Assembly (NCBI GenBank): GCA_034440375.1
Contig: JAWXBZ010000142.1
Location: 1-13,178 of the forward strand
DNA from: Candidatus Eiseniibacteriota bacterium
Lineage (GTDB): Bacteria > Eisenbacteria > RBG-16-71-46 > JABDJR01 > JAWXBZ01
Direction: 5' to 3'
DNA: 13,178 nt
Below, one piece after another: positions 1-7,435 of this stretch (its first letter is position 1; each line of letters opens with the position of its first letter). Below the pieces are notes generated by a model. It ran no database searches. It saw only the letters and a list, made by a program, of their open reading frames with translations, and was not told the origin of the DNA. Made by a program: the position numbers and the translations under genes.

Positions 1-1
1 C

Positions 2-532
2 CGTGACATCGGCCACGGTCACGGTGATGGAATCGTTCATCTCCAGTGGCGATTCGATGATGATCAGTGCCGTCATCAACTTGGTGAGGCTGGCCACCGG
101 CCGGCGTTCATCGGGATTCTTTCCCCAGAGGACATTACCGGTTCGCCGATCGAGCACCACCGCCGACTCGGCGCGAAGCGTTGCCGGGCGGGCGGGATCG
201 AATACAACCACCCCACTGGACGCACGACGTGAGGACTTCCGGTTCTTCTTCGATACGGCCTTTCGGGCCGTTGTCGACGGTTTCTTCTTGCTCTTCGAAG
301 TGGAGACCGACTTGCCGGCCGATTTCTTCGTTGAAGAGCTCTTTGTCGTGGAACTCTTCTTCGTGGCGGCTTTCGTTGCCACCGGCTTCTTGCCGGAGGC
401 GTTCTTGCTGCGGGTCGTAACCGTTGCGGCCGCCACCGCCGGGGGAGTGAAGAAGAGAGAGTCGGTCACGGGGCCGGCCGCGATGGACAGTCCAATGGCA
501 ACTAGAAGCCAGCTCGGTCGCCGTCCAATCAT
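2..532 (-). CDS. D-alanyl-D-alanine carboxypeptidase/endopeptidase, peptidase S11 family (PBP5/PBP7-like); N-terminal part, runs off the left edge
   Basis: Manual minus-strand translation from ATG at 532: MIGRRPSWLLVAIGLSIAAG (signal/anchor), a K/S/T-rich linker, then TLRAESAVVLDRRTGNVLWGKNPDERRPVASLTKLMTALIII with the catalytic SxxK (SLTK, 80-91) in typical S11 context. SD AAGGAG at 543-548. The + ORF 3..674 is its antisense shadow. Confidence 0.9.
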   Translation of the reverse strand, partial: MIGRRPSWLLVAIGLSIAAGPVTDSLFFTPPAVAAATVTTRSKNASGKKPVATKAATKKSSTTKSSSTKKSAGKSVSTSKSKKKPSTTARKAVSKKNRKSSRRASSGVVVFDPARPATLRAESAVVLDRRTGNVLWGKNPDERRPVASLTKLMTALIIIESPLEMNDSITVTVADVT

Positions 533-686
533 GCTCGGAGGACTCCTTCAGGATAGTGGAGTTCGCACCGGTCGTCCGCCGCCAGCGGCAAACCCAACCC
601 CCCGGACCGGTGAGCGCAAGAATCTGACCACTCCAGCCATGATTTCTCGATGTAATGCCGCAGATGTAAACTGAATGTGATGCTCT

Positions 687-715
687 AATCTAACAGCCTA
701 TTTCTTTTCAGTCAA
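687..715 (-). promoter_or_regulatory. sigma70-type promoter for the S11 peptidase gene
   Basis: Minus strand reads TTGACT (715-710), a 17-nt spacer, then TAGATT (692-687) with an extended -10 TG (TGTTAGATT), all in an AT-rich patch. Predicted TSS near 680. Confidence 0.7.
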
Positions 716-833
716 ACAGATTATCGAAGTGGGAATTTGACGGGCCGCAGGAGGGTGGTGAGCTGTACTCTCGGGGCCCGGGTGGCCTGCCCAGGACCGG
801 GCGATTGGCCCGGCTGGATCGCGCAAACGGCAA

Positions 834-1079
834 TCAGGACATGGATTTCCGCTGGAAGAGGCGCGGAAGGAGCCAGAAGAGGGCGGCTTCGATCGCCAAG
901 AGGACAATACCGATGCCGAGACCCCAGAAAATGAAGGCTGATTGGGCCGCTGCCTGGTTGAACTGGGAGAGAAAGGCCGGGGGGATCAGGTTCATGGCCA
1001 ACCTGAAATAGACCAGGGAAACTGCCACCGAAACGACCATCGTGAGCCCGGCGCAGGTCCAGAAGAGAAGACCTTTCAC
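834..1079 (-). CDS. small membrane protein (~81 aa, two predicted TM helices), function unknown
   Basis: GTG at 1079 overlaps the spoVG stop (GTGA). The product MKGLLFWTCAGLTMVVSVAVSLVYFRLAM...AFIFWGLGIGIVLLAIEAALFWLLPRLFQRKSMS has two hydrophobic segments and a basic tail. It is the 3' part of track ORF 834..1271. Confidence 0.65.
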   Translation of the reverse strand: MKGLLFWTCAGLTMVVSVAVSLVYFRLAMNLIPPAFLSQFNQAAAQSAFIFWGLGIGIVLLAIEAALFWLLPRLFQRKSMS

Positions 1080-1402
1080 GGGGCCCAGGCGGCCGGTGAC
1101 TCCGGTTCGTCTTCGGGATGATCCGAGGGACCCTCGCCCCGTTCGCGGCGCCTGAACTCTTCTTCGTAGGCGTCGAGAATGATCTTGTTGAATCGGTCGC
1201 GCGTTGCCGCGTTGATCGGATGGGCCACGTCCTGATGGCGGCCATCCTTGCGCGGGCGGCTCGGCATGCAAACGATATACCGATCGTGGACATGCAGTAT
1301 GCGGATCCCCTTCACCACGAAGGCCTCATCAAACGTGATGGAGACGATGGCTCGCACGGGGTCGTTGTCGCAAAGCTTGATGCGTACCTCGGTGATTTCC
1401 AT
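1076..1402 (-). CDS. spoVG: SpoVG family nucleic-acid-binding regulator
   Basis: MEITEVRIK...AIVSITFDEAFVVKGIRI...VCMPSR..KDGRHQDVAHPIN..TR...IILDAY matches the SpoVG signature. SD GGGAGG precedes ATG 1402. Acidic, Pro-rich C-terminal tail. Confidence 0.95.
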   Translation of the reverse strand: MEITEVRIKLCDNDPVRAIVSITFDEAFVVKGIRILHVHDRYIVCMPSRPRKDGRHQDVAHPINAATRDRFNKIILDAYEEEFRRRERGEGPSDHPEDEPESPAAWAP

Positions 1403-1455
1403 GAACGGCCCTCCCTGCCTCGATACGGGACAGACTTGCAATTGTCGCCGGACAG

Positions 1456-1485
1456 TAACGTACTGCTAGAGTGGTGGTGAGGGCA
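1456..1485 (-). promoter_or_regulatory. possible sigma70 promoter for spoVG
   Basis: Minus strand reads TTGCCC (1485-1480), an 18-nt spacer, then TACGTT (1461-1456). The -10 lies within the palindrome CAGTA-N3-TACTG. Confidence 0.35.
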
Positions 1486-1501
1486 AGTCATATGAAACAT
1501 C

Positions 1502-2530
1502 TCAAGGATGTGAGCCGAGGAACCATCGTCTGACGACGCCGGCAGCCGGCTTCTCCTTGATCGAATAGGAGCGATCAAGCATCCCGCCCCGAAACGGACT
1601 CCAGTTCCAGAAAAAGACCCCGCCCAGTTCCGGCTGCCCGTGCCAGGCGCGACTGAACGCGGCAAGGCCCCTGGCCTGTCCTTCAACGTCGGGCGGACCC
1701 TCCTTCGTGTAGTTCCACGGGTCGCGCGCCGCGCCCTTGATGCTCGGGTAGCCGATTTCCGTGAATAGAAACGGTCGATCAATCTCCTTCTGCCAGGCAA
1801 GCAGTTCCGTCCTCACTTCAAGCCAGAGCTCCGTGATGGCCAATTCGGTGAGCGGCGCGTCATAGGGGAGTGAATAGTATCCGGAGAGTCCGACCAGATC
1901 GAGAGATCCCAGGAACGGGGTTTCGCGATAGTGATCCCAGTTGCACGAATAGAGGATGCGGCCCTGGTACCGGGCCCGGACGCGCTTGATGAGTGCCTGC
2001 CACTCGGGCTCGTGCGATTCAGAAGTGACCAACTCGGCTCCGACGCCCAGGATCGGTATGTTCTCGAGCCGGGCCAGTTCGACCCATCCCGCAAGGAATC
2101 GCTCGTACGAGGCGAACCAGGCCGTCCAGTCCGACGGGCGAATATTTCCCCGCCAGTCGTGGGGGCCGCCGTCGCGCAGGTTGAGATATGGGATCAGCGC
2201 CACCGCCAGGCCGCGCTCACGGGCTGCCCGGGCGATGGCTCCCGTGAAGAGTCGGTAGGTCGCCAGATCGACCGGCGGCTCCCATTCCTCGTCCACCAGG
2301 GGCGCCGCCGCCGAATCGACATACCCGTGCACCGGCAGAAGCACCCACTCGGCGCCGAGCCGCTTGATGTCGTCCAGCGCGGCAAGAAACGGCACAAGTT
2401 CACGACCCGGATGGATCTCCGCCAGGGCGACACCGCGGATCGGTCCAGCGTACGGGGATGCCGATACTGGAACCCCTCCGGCGCATCCTAGAATGCACAA
2501 CGCGGCGAAATGGAATCCGCGATGGCTCAA
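1502..2530 (-). CDS. secreted TIM-barrel glycoside hydrolase, GH113-like (clan GH-A)
   Basis: N-terminal signal peptide. Motifs WRGNIRP..W.AWFASY, GVGAEL (putative acid/base Glu), YSCNWD, GLSGYY, FTEIGYPS (putative nucleophile Glu) and GVFFWNW are typical of GH113. The TTG start overlaps the hemG stop (TTGA). Confidence 0.75.
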   Translation of the reverse strand: MSHRGFHFAALCILGCAGGVPVSASPYAGPIRGVALAEIHPGRELVPFLAALDDIKRLGAEWVLLPVHGYVDSAAAPLVDEEWEPPVDLATYRLFTGAIARAARERGLAVALIPYLNLRDGGPHDWRGNIRPSDWTAWFASYERFLAGWVELARLENIPILGVGAELVTSESHEPEWQALIKRVRARYQGRILYSCNWDHYRETPFLGSLDLVGLSGYYSLPYDAPLTELAITELWLEVRTELLAWQKEIDRPFLFTEIGYPSIKGAARDPWNYTKEGPPDVEGQARGLAAFSRAWHGQPELGGVFFWNWSPFRGGMLDRSYSIKEKPAAGVVRRWFLGSHP

Positions 2531-3882
2531 GGCCTGGCCAGCCGGCCGGCCAGTTCGTGAGCCGCCCGGATTCGATCCGGCACGGAGACTCCGCCCCGCC
2601 AGCTGCCAAGGAGGTGAATTCCGGGAAGATTTCTCTCGAGTTCCAGGGCCCGATCGAGGTATCGCTGGTGGCCGAGCTCATATTGAGGTAGCGCGCGTGG
2701 CCATGCTCGGGTCATGGCGTAAACGGGGCGGCCCCGGACATCGAGCAGCCGGCGGAGTTCATCCAGAATCTGCGCCAGGAAGTCATCCTCGGACAATTCA
2801 AGAACGGCCGGATCGGTGGCTCCTCCGGCAATCAGTGTCAGTGCCACGTGACCTTCCGGCGCACGCCCCGCGAAGATCGATGACGTGAAGAGCACACCCA
2901 GCAGCCGATAGGCCTCGGCGCGGGGTGACAGGATGCCGAAGCCGTCCAGCGGGTGCCCGACCGCCTCGCGGCGGAAACCGATGGCAGCCACCCGGACTCC
3001 GGCGTGCGGCAGATCAGCCAGATCCGGCGCGTTGAGCAGGCGTGCCGTTGTCCGTGCGTCCACGGCGAGGACGACGCGCGCGGCGTCGTGATGTCGGGCC
3101 GTGCCATCCGGCCCGGAAAAATGCGCACGCCAGCCGTCTGTCGTTGATTCCAGTCGGGTCACGGTGGCCCCCGTGGTAACCCGACCACCGAGGCGCCCGG
3201 CCAGCCGATTCGTGAGCGACCGAAGGCCACCGCAAAACGAGATCATTTGGGTCTTCCGTCGCGGGAGAGCGGCGTTTCCGCCTGACCGGGCCGCGAAGGC
3301 GCCGGCCGTCAGGCTACCCGAGGTGGATTCAAGGGCTTCGAGACGCGGCAGCACATGTCGCACGCCGAGGCGCTCGGGGTCGCCGGCGTAGATGCCGGAG
3401 ATGAACGGCCCCACCGCATACTCAAGGACTTCCGGCCCAAGCCGGCGGCGGACGAAGTTGGCCACCGATTCCTCGTCCCCCGGCGCCGCCCGCCTCCGCG
3501 GCACAAACGGCTCGGCGGCCGCGCGCAATTTTCCCCGGAGGGTCAGGAGGGGGGAACCAAGCAAGGACATGGGTGACATGGGCACCGGAACCGGACGCCC
3601 GTCCCGGACGATGTACCGGCGCGCGCCTATCCCATCCGCGGTGAGAATCTCGTCGTCGAGGCCGGCGTCGTGAATGAGCGCGAGCAGGCTCGGTTCGGCC
3701 GTCGTGATGGTGTTTGGCCCGAACTCGAAGAGCCAGCCGTCACCTTCGACGGTCTCGATCACGCCGCCCACCCGCGGCGCGGCTTCGAGGAGGCAGACCG
3801 GTACATCCGCCTCGGCCAACCGGAAGGCGGTCGCCAAGCCCCCGATGCCGCCCCCGATGACCAGGACACCTTGATCCGGCAT
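2527..3882 (-). CDS. hemG: protoporphyrinogen oxidase, FAD-dependent HemY family
   Basis: N-terminal GGGIGGL FAD-binding motif, FEFGPNT, PFISGIYAGDPERL, GFGIL, LGVLFTSSIFAGRAP and WPRALPQYELGH; located in a heme operon. Confidence 0.95.
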   Translation of the reverse strand: MPDQGVLVIGGGIGGLATAFRLAEADVPVCLLEAAPRVGGVIETVEGDGWLFEFGPNTITTAEPSLLALIHDAGLDDEILTADGIGARRYIVRDGRPVPVPMSPMSLLGSPLLTLRGKLRAAAEPFVPRRRAAPGDEESVANFVRRRLGPEVLEYAVGPFISGIYAGDPERLGVRHVLPRLEALESTSGSLTAGAFAARSGGNAALPRRKTQMISFCGGLRSLTNRLAGRLGGRVTTGATVTRLESTTDGWRAHFSGPDGTARHHDAARVVLAVDARTTARLLNAPDLADLPHAGVRVAAIGFRREAVGHPLDGFGILSPRAEAYRLLGVLFTSSIFAGRAPEGHVALTLIAGGATDPAVLELSEDDFLAQILDELRRLLDVRGRPVYAMTRAWPRALPQYELGHQRYLDRALELERNLPGIHLLGSWRGGVSVPDRIRAAHELAGRLARP

Positions 3883-4884
3883 TCAGGACATCGGAAGGAG
3901 TGGGCCGGCCATGGCCAGTCGGACCTCATCCGCCAGTCCCGTGATGAAACCCGGGTTGATTCCAAGGGCCGGTACCCGGCGGTAATCGATGCCGGCAGCG
4001 CGAAGCGAGTCGCCGTAAAGCATATCGAGTTCGAAGAGCGTCTCGGAGTGTTCGGTGACGAAGGCCACCGGATAGAGGAGGACACGGGGCGCCTTGCGTT
4101 TGATTAGCGCGTCGAGCACATCCTCGGCGTAGGGCTTCAGCCACTCCTGCTTTCCGACACGACTCTGGTAGCAGAGCGTAACATCCGGGTGTCCGCCGAG
4201 GCAGGACACGACCGCGGCCACCGTTCGCTCGACGTGCTTCTGGTATGGGTCGCCGCGGTCGACGACCGATTGCGGCAGTCCGTGCGCGCTGAAAATCAAC
4301 GGCGTGGCGCGGAACTCGTCGGCCGAGAGGTCACGGGCCGCCACCCGGATGTCCCTGGCCATCGCCTCGATCATCGGACCGTTGTCCGGAAAACAGCAGA
4401 TGGCCCGGACCTCGATCCGGTCGGCTACTCCGAGTCGGCGCGCCGCCTTCCGGAAATCATTGATCGAGGAGCCGGTGGTCGCCCGGGCGTACTGCGGGTA
4501 CATCGGAAGCAGCAGGATCCGACGAATGCCGCGCTCGACGATTCGGGCCAGGGCTTCCTCTGTTCGCGGTGCCCAGTAGCGCATGCCAAGGAATGATTCG
4601 AAGCGGCCATCCCCGGCGAGTGCCTGAACCAGCGCCTCCCCCTGGGCCGCCGTCAGCTCGTTGAGCGGTGAACGGCCGCCGGGGAGTCGCCCGTAGTTGT
4701 GCTGCACTTCTTCGAAGCGGCCCCGCGCAATCTTTCGGGCGAGAAGTGATCGAAACGGGGCCGCATACCAGGGGAGTTCGATGATATCCGGGTCATTGAA
4801 AATATTGTAGAGATATTGTTCCACATCGCTCTTGCCATCCGGCGTGCCGTAGGTCATGAGAAGGATCGCGGTCGTATCGTTCAC
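3883..4884 (-). CDS. hemH: ferrochelatase
   Basis: LLMTYGTP, GGRSPL, GMRYWAP, LPMYPQY, FSAHGLP..VVDRGDPY, YQSRVG..EWLKP and EHSETLFELD motifs. SD AGGAG precedes the GTG start. Confidence 0.97.
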   Translation of the reverse strand: MNDTTAILLMTYGTPDGKSDVEQYLYNIFNDPDIIELPWYAAPFRSLLARKIARGRFEEVQHNYGRLPGGRSPLNELTAAQGEALVQALAGDGRFESFLGMRYWAPRTEEALARIVERGIRRILLLPMYPQYARATTGSSINDFRKAARRLGVADRIEVRAICCFPDNGPMIEAMARDIRVAARDLSADEFRATPLIFSAHGLPQSVVDRGDPYQKHVERTVAAVVSCLGGHPDVTLCYQSRVGKQEWLKPYAEDVLDALIKRKAPRVLLYPVAFVTEHSETLFELDMLYGDSLRAAGIDYRRVPALGINPGFITGLADEVRLAMAGPLLPMS

Positions 4885-4891
4885 GGGGCTC

Positions 4892-6286
4892 CTAGACAGT
4901 GCGGGAAAACCGGCGGGCCGGGTCGTCAGAGAGATAGGCGTCGAAGGTCATGGCAATGTTTCGGACGAGCAGTCTGCCGGCGGGTAGTACGGTGATCCGC
5001 TCGGGTGTCACCCGGACGAGGCCGTCGGCGACCATGGGTGCCAGCAGCGCAAGCTCGGTGGCGAACCGCTCGTCAAAGTCGATGCCGTGCCGGGCGGCGA
5101 ACCCCTGCCGGTCGAGTTCGAACTGGCACATCAACTCCATGATCAGCTCGCGGCGCAGCCGATCGTCCGGGGAAAGCAGGATCCCGCGCCAGGTCGGAGA
5201 GGATCCCGACTCGATGGCGCTTCGCCATGCCGCAAGAGATTTCAAGTTCTGCGAGTAGGTCGGTCCGATCTGGCTGATGGCGCTGACGCCAAAGCCGAAA
5301 AGGTCGAGACCGGCTCGTGTTGTATACCCTTGGAAGTTTCGTCCCAGGGTTCCGTTGGCCTGGGCCACCGCCAGCTCATCACTCGGACGGGCGAAGTGGT
5401 CCATGCCGATGAAGGCCCAGCCCGCCCCGATCAGCCGCTCGATGCCACGGCGCAGCATGGTCAGCTTGTTGGCCGGCGAGGGAAACTGTTCCGGCTTCAG
5501 AACGCGCTGATGACGGACCATCGCCGGCAGGTACGCGAAATTGAAAAGCGCCACCCGATCGGGATTCAGCTCGATGAGCCTCTCAATGGTCTCCTCAAAA
5601 CCGGCCGGCGTCTGCCGCGGCAGGCCGTAGATCAGATCGATGTTGACGCTCGAAAATCCGAGTTCACGGGCAGAGGTCACCGTGGCGCGGGTCAACTCCC
5701 ACGGCTGGATGCGGTTGACCGCCTTCTGCACATCGGCATTGAAGTCCTGCACGCCAAGGCTGATCCGGTTGAAACCGTGCCGGGCCAGCACCTCGAGGTG
5801 GGCCGGCGTCGTCTCGCGCGGATCGACCTCCACGGATATCTCGGCATCAATGGCCAGGGTGAAGCGCTCGTGGATGGCGCTTCCCAGTTCGTCGAGAATT
5901 TCCGGCGGACTGAAGGTCGGCGTACCGCCGCCCCAGTGAAGCTGGTGGATGACGGGGCGATTGGCCATCTGCCCGAGCACCAGGTCCATCTCGCTCTTGA
6001 GGGTATCGTTATACGAGCGGCCGGCAGCGCGATCGTCGGTAAAGATGGTGTTACAGGCACAGAAATAGCAGACGCGCCGACAGAACGGCAGGTGAAAGTA
6101 GAGCGAGGCGCCCCCCAGGGGTGCCGCGCCGGCCGCTCGAACGGCGCCGATGTAGTCGGCCGGGCCGAATCCCTCGTGGAACTGCGGCGCCGTCGGGTAT
6201 GAGGTATAGCGCGGGCCCGACTGATCGTACTTCCGGATCAAGGCTTCGTCGAAGAGAGGCGGGGTGACGGACACGGCGTACTTCAT
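4892..6286 (-). CDS. hemN: oxygen-independent coproporphyrinogen III oxidase (radical SAM)
   Basis: GPRYTSYPTA motif of true HemN, radical SAM CxxxCxxC (HLPFCRRVCYFCAC), HWGGGTPT, IGMDHFA, RNFQGY and C-terminal FSRTV. ATG overlaps the hemE stop (TGATG). Confidence 0.97.
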   Translation of the reverse strand: MKYAVSVTPPLFDEALIRKYDQSGPRYTSYPTAPQFHEGFGPADYIGAVRAAGAAPLGGASLYFHLPFCRRVCYFCACNTIFTDDRAAGRSYNDTLKSEMDLVLGQMANRPVIHQLHWGGGTPTFSPPEILDELGSAIHERFTLAIDAEISVEVDPRETTPAHLEVLARHGFNRISLGVQDFNADVQKAVNRIQPWELTRATVTSARELGFSSVNIDLIYGLPRQTPAGFEETIERLIELNPDRVALFNFAYLPAMVRHQRVLKPEQFPSPANKLTMLRRGIERLIGAGWAFIGMDHFARPSDELAVAQANGTLGRNFQGYTTRAGLDLFGFGVSAISQIGPTYSQNLKSLAAWRSAIESGSSPTWRGILLSPDDRLRRELIMELMCQFELDRQGFAARHGIDFDERFATELALLAPMVADGLVRVTPERITVLPAGRLLVRNIAMTFDAYLSDDPARRFSRTV

Positions 6287-7350
6287 CAGTCGACGGCCTC
6301 GACCGACCGCACGGCATGAGGCGTGTCGAGCGGGGATGACGCATGAGCCGCATTGACCATGGCCACAGCTCCCGACACCGGTGCGTCCGGAAGTATGCCG
6401 TGGCCCAGGTTCAGGATGTGACCGGTAGGTCCAGCTTCGGCCAGGATGGTCCTCACTTCGGCCGCGATGATTTCCGGTGGCGCGTAAAGTGAGCAGGGAT
6501 CGAGGTTCCCCTGCAACGCGGGGCGCGGTCCGACGCGCCGACGAACCTCGTCGAGCGGCAATCGCCAGTCAACCGAGAGAACATCGGCGCCGGTGTCGTT
6601 CATCGCTTCGAGCAAATGCGTCGAGCCATTGACGTAAAGGATGACCGGAACCCCCATCGGCTTGATCGCCGCCACGATTCGCTGGAGCCTGGGGACCATC
6701 TCCCGTTGATAAAGATCGGCCGATACCCAGCCGCCCCACGAATCGAATAACTGGACGGCATGAACACCGGTCTTGATCTGGAACTCCAGGTGGCGGATGA
6801 CCGTCAGCGTCATCAGATCGAGCAGCTTGCCGAACGATTCGGGATCCCGGTGCAGCCATCCGAGCGTGTGGGAGTAGTTCTTCGATCCACCCCCCTCAAT
6901 GGCATAGGCCGCCAGCGTGAATGGCGCCCCGGCAAAACCGATCAGTGGCACGGCACCGTTAAGGCGCTCGAGCGTTCGCTCGATGGCTTCCCCGACGAAC
7001 GGCATCGTTCGGGCCGGGTCCGGGACGATGAGGCGGGAGAGGTCGGCCGGCCCCCGGATCGGTTCTGGCAGACGGGGTCCATGCAGTTCCTCGAAGACGA
7101 GGGGCAAACCCATCGCCTCCAGCGGCAGAAGTATGTCCGAAAAGAGGATCGCCGCGTCGACGCCAAGGACATCCACCGCATCAAAGGCGGCCTGAGCCAG
7201 GAGCTTCGGGGATTTGCAGAAGGTCAGGAAGTCGGTGCCGCGCCGGATGGCCATGTACTGCGGCAGGTACCGGCCCGCCTGCCGCATGATCCAGACGGGC
7301 GTGGCATCGACGGGTTGCTGCCGGCAGGCCTTCAGGAATCGATCGTTCAT
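6286..7350 (-). CDS. hemE: uroporphyrinogen decarboxylase
   Basis: MNDRFLKAC..PVWIMRQAGRYLP, DAAILFSDIL, PLIGFAGAPFTLAAY, QLFDSWGG, LQGNLDP and HILNLGHGI. ATG 7350 is preferred over the track's TTG 7398, which falls inside a terminator. Confidence 0.97.
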   Translation of the reverse strand: MNDRFLKACRQQPVDATPVWIMRQAGRYLPQYMAIRRGTDFLTFCKSPKLLAQAAFDAVDVLGVDAAILFSDILLPLEAMGLPLVFEELHGPRLPEPIRGPADLSRLIVPDPARTMPFVGEAIERTLERLNGAVPLIGFAGAPFTLAAYAIEGGGSKNYSHTLGWLHRDPESFGKLLDLMTLTVIRHLEFQIKTGVHAVQLFDSWGGWVSADLYQREMVPRLQRIVAAIKPMGVPVILYVNGSTHLLEAMNDTGADVLSVDWRLPLDEVRRRVGPRPALQGNLDPCSLYAPPEIIAAEVRTILAEAGPTGHILNLGHGILPDAPVSGAVAMVNAAHASSPLDTPHAVRSVEAVD

Positions 7351-7357
7351 GCCGGGA

Positions 7358-7363
7358 AGGATA
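7358..7363 (-). promoter_or_regulatory. candidate -10 element for a leaderless hemE transcript
   Basis: Minus strand reads TATCCT-TCCCGGC-ATG, a TANNNT box 7 nt before the start codon. No SD is present. Confidence 0.5.
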
Positions 7364-7378
7364 GCGCGCCGGAGTCGG

Positions 7379-7421
7379 AAATAAAAAAGCCCCGACAACG
7401 CCAGAGAGGCGTCGCCGGGGC
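7379..7421 (-). terminator. rho-independent terminator after the DUF4331 pair
   Basis: Minus strand GCCCCGGCGACGCC-TCTCT-GGCGTTGTCGGGGC forms a 14-bp stem with two G-U pairs and is followed by TTTTTTATTT, 14 nt after the stop at 7436. Confidence 0.9.
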
Positions 7422-7435
7422 CGTGGCGCGTTCGA

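Noticed and set aside
3..674. 223-aa plus-strand ORF rich in Phe/Val
   Set aside because: Antisense shadow of the Lys-rich S11 peptidase on the minus strand, which has the SxxK motif, an SD and a promoter.
533..680. c-di-AMP (ydaO) riboswitch, suggested by its position before a cell-wall enzyme
   Set aside because: I could not find the conserved ydaO segments in the expected order; kept only as an unclassified structured leader.
776..815. Two small GC-rich hairpins after the small membrane gene (e.g. CCGGGC-GATTG-GCCCGG at 797-813)
   Set aside because: No U-tract, and short stems are common at this GC content; not supportable as a terminator.
754..1481. GGTGGTGAG shared by two intergenic regions (754-762 and 1473-1481)
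   Set aside because: Only 9 bp and in different positions relative to the candidate promoters; compatible with chance.
3883..4884. Possible [2Fe-2S] cluster in the ferrochelatase (four Cys present)
   Set aside because: The cysteines are scattered and do not form the C-terminal or inserted cluster motif of known Fe-S ferrochelatases.
7351..7398. 16-aa N-terminal extension of HemE in the ORF track
   Set aside because: It starts inside the terminator hairpin, and HemE similarity begins at MNDRF.
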